Source of the DNA: Amoebidium appalachense
Lineage: Eukaryota; Protista; Ichthyosporea
Assembly (NCBI GenBank): GCA_963693365.1
Contig: CAVNZM010000007.1
Coordinates: forward strand, 8,863,962 to 8,927,961
Reading direction: 5' to 3'
Length of the DNA stretch: 64,000 nt
Part shown: piece by piece, positions 1-12,945 of the stretch
Layout: every line of letters starts with the position of its first letter
How positions within the stretch are numbered: position 1 is the stretch's first letter
Made by a program: the position numbers and the translations under genes
Notes under the pieces: generated by a model
The model's database searches: none
What the model saw: the letters and a program-made list of their open reading frames with translations, nothing else
What the model was told of the DNA's origin: nothing

Positions 1-76
1 ATGCACGTTTCTATTTCAATGCTTATGACATGCTGCCTCCCATGCAAGTGCGCGCGAAAACCTTTGCCAACCCACA

Positions 77-556
77 TGTAAACAGTTGGACTAGTTAGGA
101 TAAGGCAGAGTACAACTGAATCAAAATAAAGACAGAGAACGGGTAGAAAGGCACACGCGGCCAGGTTGCTTTTACTATGGGCCGACTCAGTCTGTCTCAG
201 ACTTCACTGATGTGATCCCCGTACTGGGACGGCTTTCTTATATAGCCCCCAGGTTTCGGATCAAGGCCCAGGATTGGTTCATCCGCGGCCAGCGCGGGTG
301 GCAACATGCCATTCGTGATTCTGGTGCGGTCCGAGCCAGTCAGACCTTCGTCCTATTTATGCAAACCTCTTATTGGTTCACTTCGTTTATGTGGTATGCA
401 GCGGAAGAACCATATATGGTTCAATTCTTAGGTCAGAGTGAGTCCTATTGGTGCGGACATAATATTTATGTGATATTCATGACAAAGCACGAATCGTGTG
501 CTAGTAGATCACATTCTTTAGTAAACATGTACAGTTCATGTGTACAGTTGTTTACA
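77..556 (-). repeat. 3' LTR of the non-autonomous element
   Basis: Direct repeat of 3144-3623, no differences seen by eye. Confidence 0.95.
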
Positions 557-3143
557 CTCCCCCCTTGTCGGGAGCCTGGTGGTGTCGTTAGACAAGCAAA
601 CCACCAGGCTGAGAGGCGATAAACAACCTTCAGCGAGAATTCTTGTGTGTGCCGAGCTGCTGGACAGAACAGAGCAAGGACGGTGGAATAGAGTTGTGCA
701 CGTCTATGAGCACTTCTTCATTTGCCAAAACGTAAATTCATGCAGCATTCTTCTGTGATTTCATTTTCGTGGCGAAGATTGTTGCAGAGTGTGCGTGCGA
801 ATAATTCGCTAAGCCTTCGTCTCTGTGCTTGGCTTTTCTGTAGAAGTAGTATTTTCCTTTTTGGGAATTTTTCCTTTTTAGGATACTCCCGCAGATTCGT
901 TTTCAATTGCGAGTAATTTGGTTGTGTGGATGAATGATCATACCAAACATTCGATAATGAATATAACTCGAGCCTTAGGTCACTTCGTAGCTCAGGTAGT
1001 GGTGGATAGCTTCAAGGCTTAGCCGCTGCTCCTTATCCCGGTTCTACCTTAAGACTGTAAGGCGAGTCACCATGGCCGGAAAAGCCACTTCTTTCATGAA
1101 CAAAGAGCACTTCTTTCCTTTCAGCTTTAACCCTGCATCATCGGAGCTGGGAAAAACAGAATAAAAATGCCCAAGTGTTCTTCGTTGGGCGACATAAAGA
1201 AATATATCACCCGTCAGAACCAGTAAAAGCCCGGTTCATAATTCATAAGAAGAGGGTAGGCAAAGCAAGCCTCCTTCAGAAAACACATGCTTCCATTCGT
1301 GAGCAGTTTTCGTATCCCATTTGCCAGCCATTTTCGTTGAGCAGGGGGATTCCAGGCATAATACATTCTTCTGGAGGCTTGGCCTAAAAAGAAAAGTCGT
1401 CGCAGTCGCCCTTTCTTTTGTAAGCAACTTCGTGAGCGCGCTTCGTATCTTCATATCCTCCAGTGCAGGTCTGGATGGTGCCCCATCCTCTGCTTCATTT
1501 GTAGGTGGCCCTACTGTAGGTTCTGTTCGTTGTGTGGAATACCAAAACCATTCGTATTCGTGGAACTGCTTTGTGCTGTGCTTGCTTTCGTGTTGGTGTT
1601 CATGAAGTTACCCCATTCACACACCTACTACTTTCATACATCAGACGTAAGTAGCTGCCTGGGGGGTGTGTGGTTCGTGTTCGTGGCATTCTTCTGTTCC
1701 TTCGTGAGAAGAATATTCGTTTTAGCAGAGGTGCCCAATAAGGCAGCTTGTGGGGTTGTCTCCCGCATGTGCCCATTGGTGGGGTATGCACGTGCTAAAT
1801 TGTTACAGTGTCATCATATTGCAAGGGAATAACATGGTCACCTCCGTACCAGGGCCTAGTAGGTACACATGATGGTCCGATGTGTTAGTCAACAACACCT
1901 TGCATTCGTATTCGTATTCGTCTTCCACGTCACTTTCTTCAGTAGTGAAGGAGGGTATTCGTAATTCGAAACTGAAAGGCTTCCAGCCAAAATACTGACA
2001 CTGTATGCTGGGGTTGTGAGGGAACGGTGCCCATACCACATTCTTTTGTTCTGGTGGGGGTGTGCCGGCAGCTAGTGCAAGGCTTGACAGTGTAATTGGT
2101 ATGTTACACAGTATTGCCACAGACGGGCATTCACCTTAAAATTCGTACCCAACACCTTCTTTGTTTTTCACATGCATGAACAAAAGTTCTGCATCGACTT
2201 TATTACATGCCTTTTGTGCACCAAGAGTGCAAATTCGTTAGGGCGTGGCACCAGGAAGGGCCGCCATACATGAGGCATATGTTCGTAATGTGTTTAGGCA
2301 TGCCAGCATACATTCATGCGCATGTTGTGCATCCTGTGCGCTAAACTATGGGGCATGCTGTATTCGAAAACAGCAAGAAATTCGAAGCATGCATGCAAAA
2401 CTACTTTCACAGAACCTTATGTCCTCAATGCTATAGGAACAGCGACTATCTTCTTCTTTAAATGCATTCGTGCTGAAAGTGGCCGTGCATCTGGCTTGCG
2501 AGTGTGGAGGTGCATGCGGTGGCATGGACACGATGACAGTGTGCAATAGCGCAATGCACGCAAGGGCAACGGTTTTATTTTCTTCCTAACATAGAGGGGG
2601 CTGTGTGCATTGCAACCCAAGCAGTGTTGTGCATTCGTTCTTGCATTTTCGTATTTCCAGTTCATTTTGCTTTCGTTTTTCGTTTTTTGTCGTTTGATAA
2701 ATTCGTTACTTCGTTTTGTTTTCGTGTTGCATTCATTTCGTATTTCCTCTATGCATTCGTTTGTCGTTCATTCTTTATTTCATTGTGTATTCGTGATGGT
2801 TCGTTTTTCGTTGGTTCATTGCTTCGTTAGCAATTCTTTATTCGTTTGTTCGTGTATTCGTTGTTTCGTTGTGTATTCGTTTTTCTTCACATTTTTGATG
2901 TGTCGTAGCAAAAGAAGTTTTACATGCTTTCAATTCTTTCCGTGTAGGTGGGCTGGCCACTTCAAACTTGTAGGTGTATATATTCTAAGCCGGACAAGGA
3001 AAGATGTGCCTATCATCGGGGTAAAAAGGATTGTGATCGGCCATGGGAGATTCTTGAGCTGATTGAAAGATGTGAGATTCTTGAACTGATTGAAAGATGT
3101 GAGATTCGAAGGATGCGAGATTCTTGAACTGCGCGGTCGCCAA

Positions 3144-3623
3144 TGTAAACAGTTGGACTAGTTAGGATAAGGCAGAGTACAACTGAATCAAAATAAAGAC
3201 AGAGAACGGGTAGAAAGGCACACGCGGCCAGGTTGCTTTTACTATGGGCCGACTCAGTCTGTCTCAGACTTCACTGATGTGATCCCCGTACTGGGACGGC
3301 TTTCTTATATAGCCCCCAGGTTTCGGATCAAGGCCCAGGATTGGTTCATCCGCGGCCAGCGCGGGTGGCAACATGCCATTCGTGATTCTGGTGCGGTCCG
3401 AGCCAGTCAGACCTTCGTCCTATTTATGCAAACCTCTTATTGGTTCACTTCGTTTATGTGGTATGCAGCGGAAGAACCATATATGGTTCAATTCTTAGGT
3501 CAGAGTGAGTCCTATTGGTGCGGACATAATATTTATGTGATATTCATGACAAAGCACGAATCGTGTGCTAGTAGATCACATTCTTTAGTAAACATGTACA
3601 GTTCATGTGTACAGTTGTTTACA
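3144..3623 (-). repeat. 5' LTR of the non-autonomous element
   Basis: Direct repeat of 77-556, adjacent to the PBS. Confidence 0.95.
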
Positions 3624-6206
3624 CCACACCCACCTATGCAGGAACCTGTCCTTGTTGCCATGGATCCACAGCCCCAATTGTTTGCCGCTGGCAATGCCGC
3701 CCCCGTGCCCCACGTTGGTGGTGCTGCCCCCGTGCCCCACGTTGGTGGTGCCGCGCCCCAAGTTGGTGGTGCTGCCCCCGTGCCCCCGGGCCTTGGTGTC
3801 CCCGTGCCCCCTGTTGCTGGTGCTGCCCCCGTGCTCCCCGTTGCTGGTGGTGCCCCTGGTGGTGCTGCTGCTGTTCCTGGTGGTGTCCCGGCCGCTGCCC
3901 CTGCTCAGGGTGCGGGCCAGCCTGCCGCCCACATGGCCGCTGTGGTCCCTGCCGAGCATCAACAGCACGCTGCTGCTGCCGCTGGTCACGCCGTCGCACA
4001 ACCGGTGATGCAACCCATTGCCTTCCTCCAGCAGGGTGATGCTAACCTGGCTGCCGCTCTCGCCATTGCCCACCGTGACCAACAGCTGCGTAACCCGCGC
4101 GCCGAGATTCTCAAGACTTGCAAGGCGTCCCTCATGAATGTCACCACGTCTGACAAGGACGCGTTTGAGAATTTTGAGACGCACCTCAACTACACGCTCA
4201 CCACTGTTGATGGCGCCAACACCCTCACCGACGGGGAAAAGAAGATGCTGTTGCTTGCCCTGCAGCACAACGTGTACAAGAATGCGCTTAAGGACATCTC
4301 CGTCCACCCGGAGCTGGCGTTTGAAGAGGCACTCGCCCGCGTGAAGAATGTGCACCTCACTCCCGACGAGCTTTGCCCCTGGCGCAGCTACCACATTGCA
4401 GATGGCACGAAGATTTCCACGGTGGCCACCGACTACCACAACCTGTTCAACACACACGACGCCGCCGAGACCGCCGAAGCCTTTGGCCACCTGTCCGGCA
4501 ACCTTGAACGTGTGTGCCCGGCTGCCATGGAGCGCCTGAACCGTTGGATGTATGACCAGCGCATGATCACCGGCAAACGGCCCACCATCCCCGAGCGCCT
4601 TCGCTTTCTCTCCACCGGCAGCGAAACGTGCACTGAGCCGCGCATTGGTGGTGGCTACATGCCTGCCCCGCCTCGTCCCATTGCCGCTGTGATGCCCCCT
4701 GCTGACCACGGACCACTGGGTGGGGAGCGTGATTTCCCTGCCATGCAAGACCGCCGCCCCGCCGCTGGTGGGCCTTTGCGTAAGCAGGTGCGCTTTACCG
4801 ACCGGGACGCCCCCCGCGACAACACCGAACGCCTCTGCCCCTTTGGTGACCTTGACTGCCCGGGCAAAGCGCGCAACGGCCAACCCCACCCCTTCCGCTT
4901 TCTGGGCTGCAACTTCTACCACCGCATGCTCCACGACACCAACCTGGAGGTGGACTTTGTGCGTGTGTACCGCGCTGCCGTCCGCTGCAGCGTAGCTGAG
5001 GCCTCTGCGGCTTGCGAGGAGATCATGGAGGATTTGCGCAACAACGCACGCCCGCGTGCCGCTGGCCCCGCTGAGCGCAACGACCGCTTTGGTCGTAACA
5101 ACCGCTTTGACCGTGATGACCGCGGCCGTGATGGTGGAATCCGTGCCCGTATGCCTTCCTTTTTCCCCACCCCAAAACCCACAGACGTAAACTTTAACAG
5201 CAGACGCATTGCTACTACGCACAGTATACGTGTAGGCGTGAGCTTTCGTGGCGCACTTACAGGCACAATGGACTCCGCACACCCTACCACACACAAACCA
5301 AACCTACGGCCAGTTGCTCCCATTGTATATTCCGCCACTCTTGATCAGGAAGATAGATACAGAAATGGCAGATGGATTGCAAAACGCCCGAAAATGCTAC
5401 CTGCACAGAAAACACCACTGCGCACTGCCCCTGCCCCCCCTTCTTCTGCCCCCCCCCACCCCACCAACACCCAAACCCGCCCCCTTTACCCGCTCGGGTT
5501 TCAGCGCATTTTGGCCACCACGCGTGAAAGACCCCCCTCTCACGAAGTTGTGCAAGCACTGCATATGCCTGTGAAATTACACGACCTTCCTTACAATGCA
5601 TGCGCAGACAGTGGCTCGTACATTACTCTTGCAGATCAGACTGTATATGAAGCTCTAAGCGCAGAACACCAGCGCACACACAACAGACGCTTGCCTCTTT
5701 TTCCCTGTCCCGATGAGCGTGCACAAGCAGTGAACAACACAACAGTTGACTTTCTTGGTTATGTGCACACTACTCTGACTGTGGGACACGTAAACAGAAA
5801 AGTGCGAGTGTATGTTGCAAGAGAAAGCCCGCTTCCCCTTATTATTGGAACAGACTATTGGGGCACACTGCTCACCTCAGGCATACACACCGCACTCATT
5901 GATTTCCGCACGCTCATGATTGGAAATGCACACCTTGGCTGGTCTGAAGTAGCATGCCAAGTCGAACGTGTACCTGCCCCGCAGTTCACCCCCCCCTCCT
6001 GCCTCACCACCCGTGCACAACAGCAAACGCAGAAGACTTATGTTATTGCCTCTCTCTCGCGGCAGGTGCCCAGCCCTACCGCCGCTAAGCAACAACAGGC
6101 CCCGCCGTGCCCACCCGGACACTCTGATAACCGCCCCGCCAATGCTTCCACCGTTCCTACCCCCCTGCCACCGAGACCATCCCCCCCACTCCCTGGCTTA
6201 TGCTGA
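3624..6206 (+). pseudogene. Gypsy #1 gag + aspartic protease (N-terminus continues at 3-76 once the nested element is removed)
   Basis: Ala/Pro/Gly-rich gag. Protease motifs ACADSGSYITL and LIIGTD. The rejoined frame reads MLPPMQVRAKTFANPHPPMQEP. Confidence 0.85.
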
Positions 6207-7250
6207 CGGCCTTGCGCCTATGGACCTGGGATCCGGCACCGCCCATCCTCAGACGGTCACCTCGACACTTTTAGCTAACGCTGGCGCCTATACGGCTATG
6301 GACATAGACACGGGCAGTGCCCCCTCTACAAATGTCAACACTGGAATAAATGCAAATGTACTGTACTCGCCTACCGCGCTGAATCATGTAAACCAAACCG
6401 TGACTGAAACTATGACTGGCAATGTTACTGGCTTTACCTATGAACGCATGAAAGACACAACTAGTACTTGGATTCCCACTGCAGTGTCTGGAATACCCCT
6501 CTCCCTCTCCGATCCGGAACCCCCCCCACCCTGCCCAGATTTTGCCTCTCTCCCACATATGCAGACACAACCGGCCAACCCCCCCCACCCCCCGCCCTGC
6601 CATCCACCCCACGTAATTGCATCCACCCACCCAACACCCCAAACCCCGTCTTCCCTTCCACCCCCGCCACCCCCACCCACCCCTTCCCCCGCCGCCCGAA
6701 CTGCACCCACATATCAATATTCCGTCTGCTGCCTCGAGAATGTTATAATCCCCCCGCACTGTATATATGACGGATTGTAATGCAGTGTGCCTGGTTTGCA
6801 AACTCAACACATGAACACATACGCAGATATGTCCCCCCCGAGTGACCGAAAGAGGCTAAAACGATTGGACGGGTTGGAAATTGCATACCACCTATTCACC
6901 CTCCGCAGCGATAAGCGTGTCAGTTTACAAGTTATGAATCTGACAAACCATCCGATCAAACTTAGCCGCAAGCAATTAATGGGTTACATTGTGCCGGGTG
7001 AAGTAGAAGCGATTCTCCCTATACCTGATATTCTCGAAGACATTAATCTACACAACCCCACCCCCCAACAACAAGACCTCCTAGCCTCTTTACAAAATGA
7101 TTGGATTACCGGCCCAGACTCTGAGCCCGAGGAGGAAATGCAGTACAACATCCCCACACCAAAAGTAGTGACAGCCACGCATGCGCGCACACGGACACGC
7201 CAACCGGTTCCCCCACCCTCGGATCCCCCTAAACCCCGACTACCGACCAC

Positions 7251-8800
7251 TTGCCGACCGACACTGATTTTGAGGCGCGCCCGCAAGCCTTTGACTATGA
7301 AGGTGAACATGATGACATTTTCTTTGATCCCCGCACAACGATGACTCATGAACAGATTATTGCGCTCGGCGAAAAAGAAATGAAACACTTACCCCCCGCC
7401 GATCGTGACCGTCTCGTCCAGCTGCTGACCGATTACCGCGAACTTACGAACACAAATGTAGTTGGCTCTATGACCAAAGCCATGGGAATTTTCCACCACA
7501 TTGTCCTCACAAATAACACCCCCACCACTTCAAAATTTCGCCGGTACGCGAAAATCGAGCGTCAAGTCATAGCGAAGGAAATTTCGGAAATGTTGAATTT
7601 CGGAGTGATCGAACCATCCACTAGCGAATACAACAGCCCACTGGTACTGGTAAAAAAGAAAAATACCAACAAATTAAGGACATGTTACGATGCAAGAATT
7701 CTTAACGGCAAGACAAAGCGCACAATTTACCACATGACACGCGTAGATGAAAGCCTCGACTCCCTCTCAGGTGCCAAATTTTTCACCTGCCTTGATGCAC
7801 GCAGCGGATACTGGCAAACATTCATTGCTCCTGAGGACCGCAAGTACACTGCATTCAGCACACCTGAAGGGCATTTCCAATTTGTGGCCATGCCTTTTGG
7901 ACTCACCAACGCCCCCGCTTTCTACCAACGGCTCATGAATATCGTGCTGCACGGCCTCACGTGGAAATGTGCCGCTGTGTACTTAGATGACATCATCATC
8001 ATATACAGCAAAACCTTCGACGAACACATGGAACACATCAAGCTAGTGTTCGACCGCCTTGCTACCAACGGTGTACGCCTTAACCTTGAGAAGTGTGCAT
8101 GGGCACTTTCCCAGGTCGTGTACCTGGGCCACCTAGTTTCTGGCTATGGCGTGCGAGCCGATCCACAAAAACTCACGGCAGTGAAAACCTGGCCCACACC
8201 GACTTCTGTGAAAGATATCCAAACATTCATTGGCTTTGTCAACCGCTATCGCCGCCTCATACCACACTTATCACAAACCGCTGCCCCTATCCGTGCCCTG
8301 ATGATTAAAGGCACAGCATGGAATTGGACACCAGAATGCGCCACAGCGTTTGAAGCACTCAAACAAGCACTAGTGTCAGACCCGATTGTTGCTCACCCGA
8401 ACTTCGATCTACCCTTCTATATCGCGTGTGACGGTTGCACCCGCGGTATCGGTGCTGTGCTATATCAGATACACGACGATGGCATGGAGCACCCTATTGC
8501 CTACACAAGCCGCGCTTTGCACGGAGCAGAAAAGAACTATGCCCCCACGGAGCTTGAGTGCCTTGCGGTTCTACATGCAATTCAGCAATTTCGCCCGTAC
8601 GTGTACGGCCAACGCTTCACTGTCATCACTGACCACAACGCTCTGCGTTACCTCATGACAAAAGAGGAGCCAGCTGGCCGCCTTGGACGCTGGGCACTGC
8701 AGCTGACAGACTACGATTTTGACATTGTACACCGACCAGGCCGCCTGCACGTTGTACCTGATGCGCTGTCACGCCAACCTCATTACCCACCTGCGGTACC
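7251..8800 (+). pseudogene. Gypsy #1 reverse transcriptase + RNase H
   Basis: LDARSGYWQ, MPFGLTNAPA, YLDDII. RNase H: ACDGCTRGIGAVL, ELECLAV, TDHNAL. Frameshifts and a stop separate it from PR, and a frameshift separates it from IN. Confidence 0.95.
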
Positions 8801-10896
8801 CATCAACCCCCCAATCCCCCCCTCAGCCCCTCCTGCAACACACCACACCCATCCCACCTGGCCCTCAGCAATCGGTGATTGCTGCAACCCAACCGGCACC
8901 TCCATCCTCCCCGACCATACCACCCGCACCACCAAACTCGCCCGTCCTCCCTCGAGCACCGAGGCCACCCGAGGATGTGATTTGGCCGGAACCAGATCTC
9001 CCCGACGCAACCCCAACCGCTGATCCTGATCTTGTACCGACTGCCACACGCTCTCATTATGACCCACCGGTTCACCCGACACGAGGACATATTATTGCCG
9101 CTATCATACCCTCTTACACTATCATCGACCCCACCGCACTTAAGGAAGCACAACAGCTTGATCCGGAGATTAAGCCAATTATCGACTACCTTGTACATGA
9201 TATCCTGCCACTGGATAACGAGCAATTAGCCCGGCGGCTAGTGCTTGAACGCGACCAATATGTGTACGAGAATGAAACACTTTACAAAATCAACATCCCC
9301 ACCCGCCCTGGCTATAAGAACAAAATTCAATTCCGCATTGTGATACCAAAAGGTTTCAAAAAGCAGGCCCTGCAGGCATGCCACGACGATGTCTTTGGTG
9401 GTCACTTAGGCTTTTCAAAAACCTACCAGAAGTTGTGTGAACGCTTCTATTGGCCAAGTATGTACGCTGATGCCAAACACTATGTCGCGTCCTGCAACAC
9501 CTGCCACAGCGCCAGACGGCCGCGTGTAAACCCTCATGCCCCCTTTCAGCCACGCCTGCCCGCTCAACCTTTTGAGGAGATATCCATAGACCTCCTCATT
9601 CCCGCCATAGCCTCCTTCAACGGTAACAAATACATTCTCGTTGTGATTGATAATTTGACATGCTACGCGGAAGCATGTGCACTCCCCTCAAAAGCCGCCG
9701 ATGTTATTGCCCGGTGCCTCATTGACAACGTGTTCTGCCGCTATGGTTTTCCGAAGCGCATACTTTGCAACGCCGAGAGGATTCTCACAGGCGAGGTTAT
9801 GACTGATTTCTACCGTATTCTGAATATTGACCGAATTGTGCTGCCCCCATATCACCATGCATCTAACGGCCTGGTAGAAAAGCTAAACAGGGACATTATC
9901 GATATTCTGAAGATGTATGTGTCCTCACATCAGGCTGACTGGGATATATACCTACCCACTTCCCTCTTTGCTCTGCGCACATCACTTAATGCCAGCCGTG
10001 GTAACACACCCGCGTTCCTCCTTTATGGCTTCGATCCCCGTCTACCCACGGATCTCCCCTTTCACCATCCTGACGCTGAACGCCTTACCGAGCAAACATA
10101 CATGGAGCAAATGCTAACCAACTTGCAATACGCTCGGGCGCAAGCACAAGAGACCTTGCGTGAAAGCCGTGCGAAACAAAAAGAGCATGCTGACCGCACA
10201 CGCACAAAACCACCCCGTCTCTACACGCCCGGCACACGCGTATGGGTGTTCACCCCAACCACAAAGCAATATCGCTCAGGGAAGCTCACGCACCACTGGC
10301 AAGGTCCATACCGTGTCGGCCGCGTCTGGCCCGGTACCACCCATGCATACCAACTGATGACTCCTCGAGGTAAAGCAACGGCCTACCCGGTACACCACGA
10401 CCGCCTCAAACCGTACATCGATCGCCCCTCCCGCCCGTTAGACGATACCTTGCCAGCCGAGCCTTCCATTCCCAGGCAAGCTGACCCAGATGCCGCCCCA
10501 CATGTGCACCAAGCGCAGGCCGAAGCTGTGCGCATAGAAGCCGCCGCGTATGTTCAACCCCTTGACGAGGCCGATCTACCGGAAGACACACAATTCCGCC
10601 CTGCCACCCCTCCACCTATGCCTCCACCCCCGCCTCCGCCCTCATCCCCAACCCGCACGCCACCACCTACCCCGCCCCGTACACGAAAGCGACACCGCCG
10701 GACCGAGAGATCACCATCACCGCCTCCCGCCCCGCCACCACCATCCTGGCAGGCACCCGACGGCCACATAAATGCGCCATACCAATTCACCTGGCTTGCA
10801 CCAGGTAGAACCCGAGCCCCCAATGGTGACCACTACTACCGCCACAAAGACAGACACACCGGCCAGTCGATCTGGCTACTACAAAAGTACCAGTGA
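8800..10896 (+). pseudogene. Gypsy #1 integrase
   Basis: HHCC finger (CHDDVFGGHLG...CNTC), ISIDL, SNGLVEKLNR, GPY module. Confidence 0.93.
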
Positions 10897-10996
10897 CCGC
10901 CTGGACTAAGTTAACTTACCACAAAACTGATACCTCGTGACCGGATGCCGCTGAGTAAGGTAAAACACACACACACGGCACACACACACACACACG

Positions 10997-11032
<36 letters not shown>

Positions 11033-11478
11033 GCACGCACATGTACACGCACACTGCCACACACACGCACACAGGCACACACACTGGCACATACCGCACA
11101 CCACATGCACCCGCACTCTTGACGCATGCACTCAGTCGCACGTGCCCTTTAGATCTAGACTTAGTGTGTGTATAGCCGCAGCAAAAATGTATATTTAAAA
11201 TGGCATGTAATGTATATGATGGGCCACTATAGGGCGTCCCCTGCTGTGCAGTGTCCTATAGTGGAAATGGCTGATGGATTTTGGGACTTTGCCACAGCCA
11301 CGCGCGACACTCCCCATCGGTGTCTCTTAGCAACCCGCTGGCCGGGCGATAGCTTTCTCACCTCTCTGCTTACCTTTTCTTTTCGTTGTCTCTAGCTAGC
11401 TCTGCCTACTGTTTTTGCTTTTGCTTACCCTTGTCTCTTCTGCATGAGCTCGGGGCGAGCTCACCGCCGCCCGGGGGA

Positions 11479-11740
11479 TGTATGAGCGAGATATCCCTTG
11501 GATAGTCGGGCCTATAGACCCCCCTCTCTGATAGACCCCCCTGGCATGCCCCTAGCCTGCCGCACGCATCATGCCAGCTCAGTCTCTCGCTGGCGCTCTC
11601 TCGTTCAGGTCTGATCCTTTCTAGCTGCCACGTGTCGTAGCTCTCGCGCACGTCTGACAATACAGGCTCGCCCACGTTATCACGAGGTCAGTGTCCCTTT
11701 GCTTGTCTTGTCTCCTTTCCGTGCCTGGAGCACGTTGACA
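11479..11740 (+). repeat. Candidate 3' LTR of Gypsy #1
   Basis: Follows cggggcgagctc...ccggggga (PPT-like), starts TGTA and ends ACA. No partner LTR in the window. Confidence 0.5.
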
Positions 11741-12945
11741 CATTTGAATCGAGGCTCAAAAAACATCTACAATATGATTGGCTAAGAGCTTGCGTCATCA
11801 GTCTCCCAAAAACGGTTATATTTGCCTGCCCAGTGACCAGCCACTCGTGCTGCCGATGTGTATTAGAAATTTCTGAATTTCGAGATTAGGAAACTTTTGC
11901 CATTGAAAGTTCCGTTACAAATACATAACTCTACGTATAGTATTAACTGTTAGCTAGATAAAAATATATGTGGAAATAGGTATTTGGAATCGTTAGGGAT
12001 TGAAATTCTAATGATAAATCGTGCAACTATTGTCCCGTTACAAAAAATGTCCCGGACGGCTGGTTGTTACGATACGCCCCACAATCGAAACTCTGGGGGG
12101 AATCACATGTGGCTCATCACATGAAAAATTACAAGACATGGATTTTTTCTGTATAGTATGTTCCCTCTTTTCAAATAATTCTTGAGTTTTTTTTTTCTTT
12201 TTCCTCTCAATATCCTCCCCAAAAATATAATAGCTGAGAAAGACTTTATTGGGGTTGGATACAAGATTCCCAACAGCGTCAGGAATGTCAAAATGTGGCT
12301 CACCTGACAACCTGACTCTCTGAGGCTCACTCACGCGCGCACGGGCCGCAGCCGTAGAGGAGGGCAAAAATGTAACACAAATGTTTTGTAGAACCCGCGC
12401 GTGACCTATAAGCGATAATATCAAAGACTACAAGGTAGCCTGATATTACGCTAGAGCATGTTTGAACATGGAATTGAGAATTATATGGTATGAACTTAAA
12501 AACTGCAGTACAGAATTTTTATAGCTCAATCGAGTAAAAAGTTTTTGTAATACGCAATCTCCACCATTAAATGTACTGTGTGAAAACGTACCGAATTTGG
12601 TGCAACCGTGCAGTTGGTTTTTGGGTCGCTGACGCCGAACCAACTGAGTTATAATTTTTCCGTACTGATCGTTTCAAGAAAACACTATTTAGATAATTAT
12701 AATCCGAGAATTATGTCTCTAGCGGATAATTGTTGCTACCTTTGAAGGTTCGATGTAACCCTGTTTTTCTTTTTCTTTTTCTTTTTTTTTTTCTTCTGAG
12801 TTTGGCCCAGAGACCGATCGCCGCAATTCCATGATTCCAGCTACCTTAAAACCTTAAAAACATCTATATTATGATTAGTTACTGATCACGCTTTGTTCTC
12901 ACCGCTTTCTGGTAGCTGCAGGCAACTACAACATTCGGTACCGAC

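Larger units (their letters stand above)
77..3623 (-). mobile_element. Non-autonomous LTR retroelement (LARD/TRIM-like) inserted in the gag of the Gypsy element
   Basis: Two 480-bp LTRs (77-556, 3144-3623), TGTAAACA...TGTTTACA. 5-bp TSD CCACA (72-76, 3624-3628). Minus-strand PPT at 557-566 and PBS-like TGGCGACCGC ending at 3142. No RT or integrase motif in the 2.6-kb interior. Confidence 0.93.
1..11740 (+). mobile_element. Ty3/Gypsy LTR retrotransposon #1 (5' end outside the window, gag interrupted at 77-3623)
   Basis: Domain order gag-PR-RT-RH-IN. Candidate PPT and 3' LTR near 11470-11740. Confidence 0.9.

Noticed and set aside
3279-3623. N-terminal ~115 aa of the 975-aa ORF (also ORF 212-622)
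   Set aside because: Antisense LTR sequence that happens to be in frame with gag; the real gag N-terminus is at 3-76
3603-5294. 563-aa minus-strand ORF
   Set aside because: Antisense shadow of the GC-rich gag, with no recognisable motif
5968-8830. Programmed frameshifts in Gypsy #1 pol
   Set aside because: Too many breaks, several near C-rich runs, plus an in-frame TAA; better explained by decay or sequencing error
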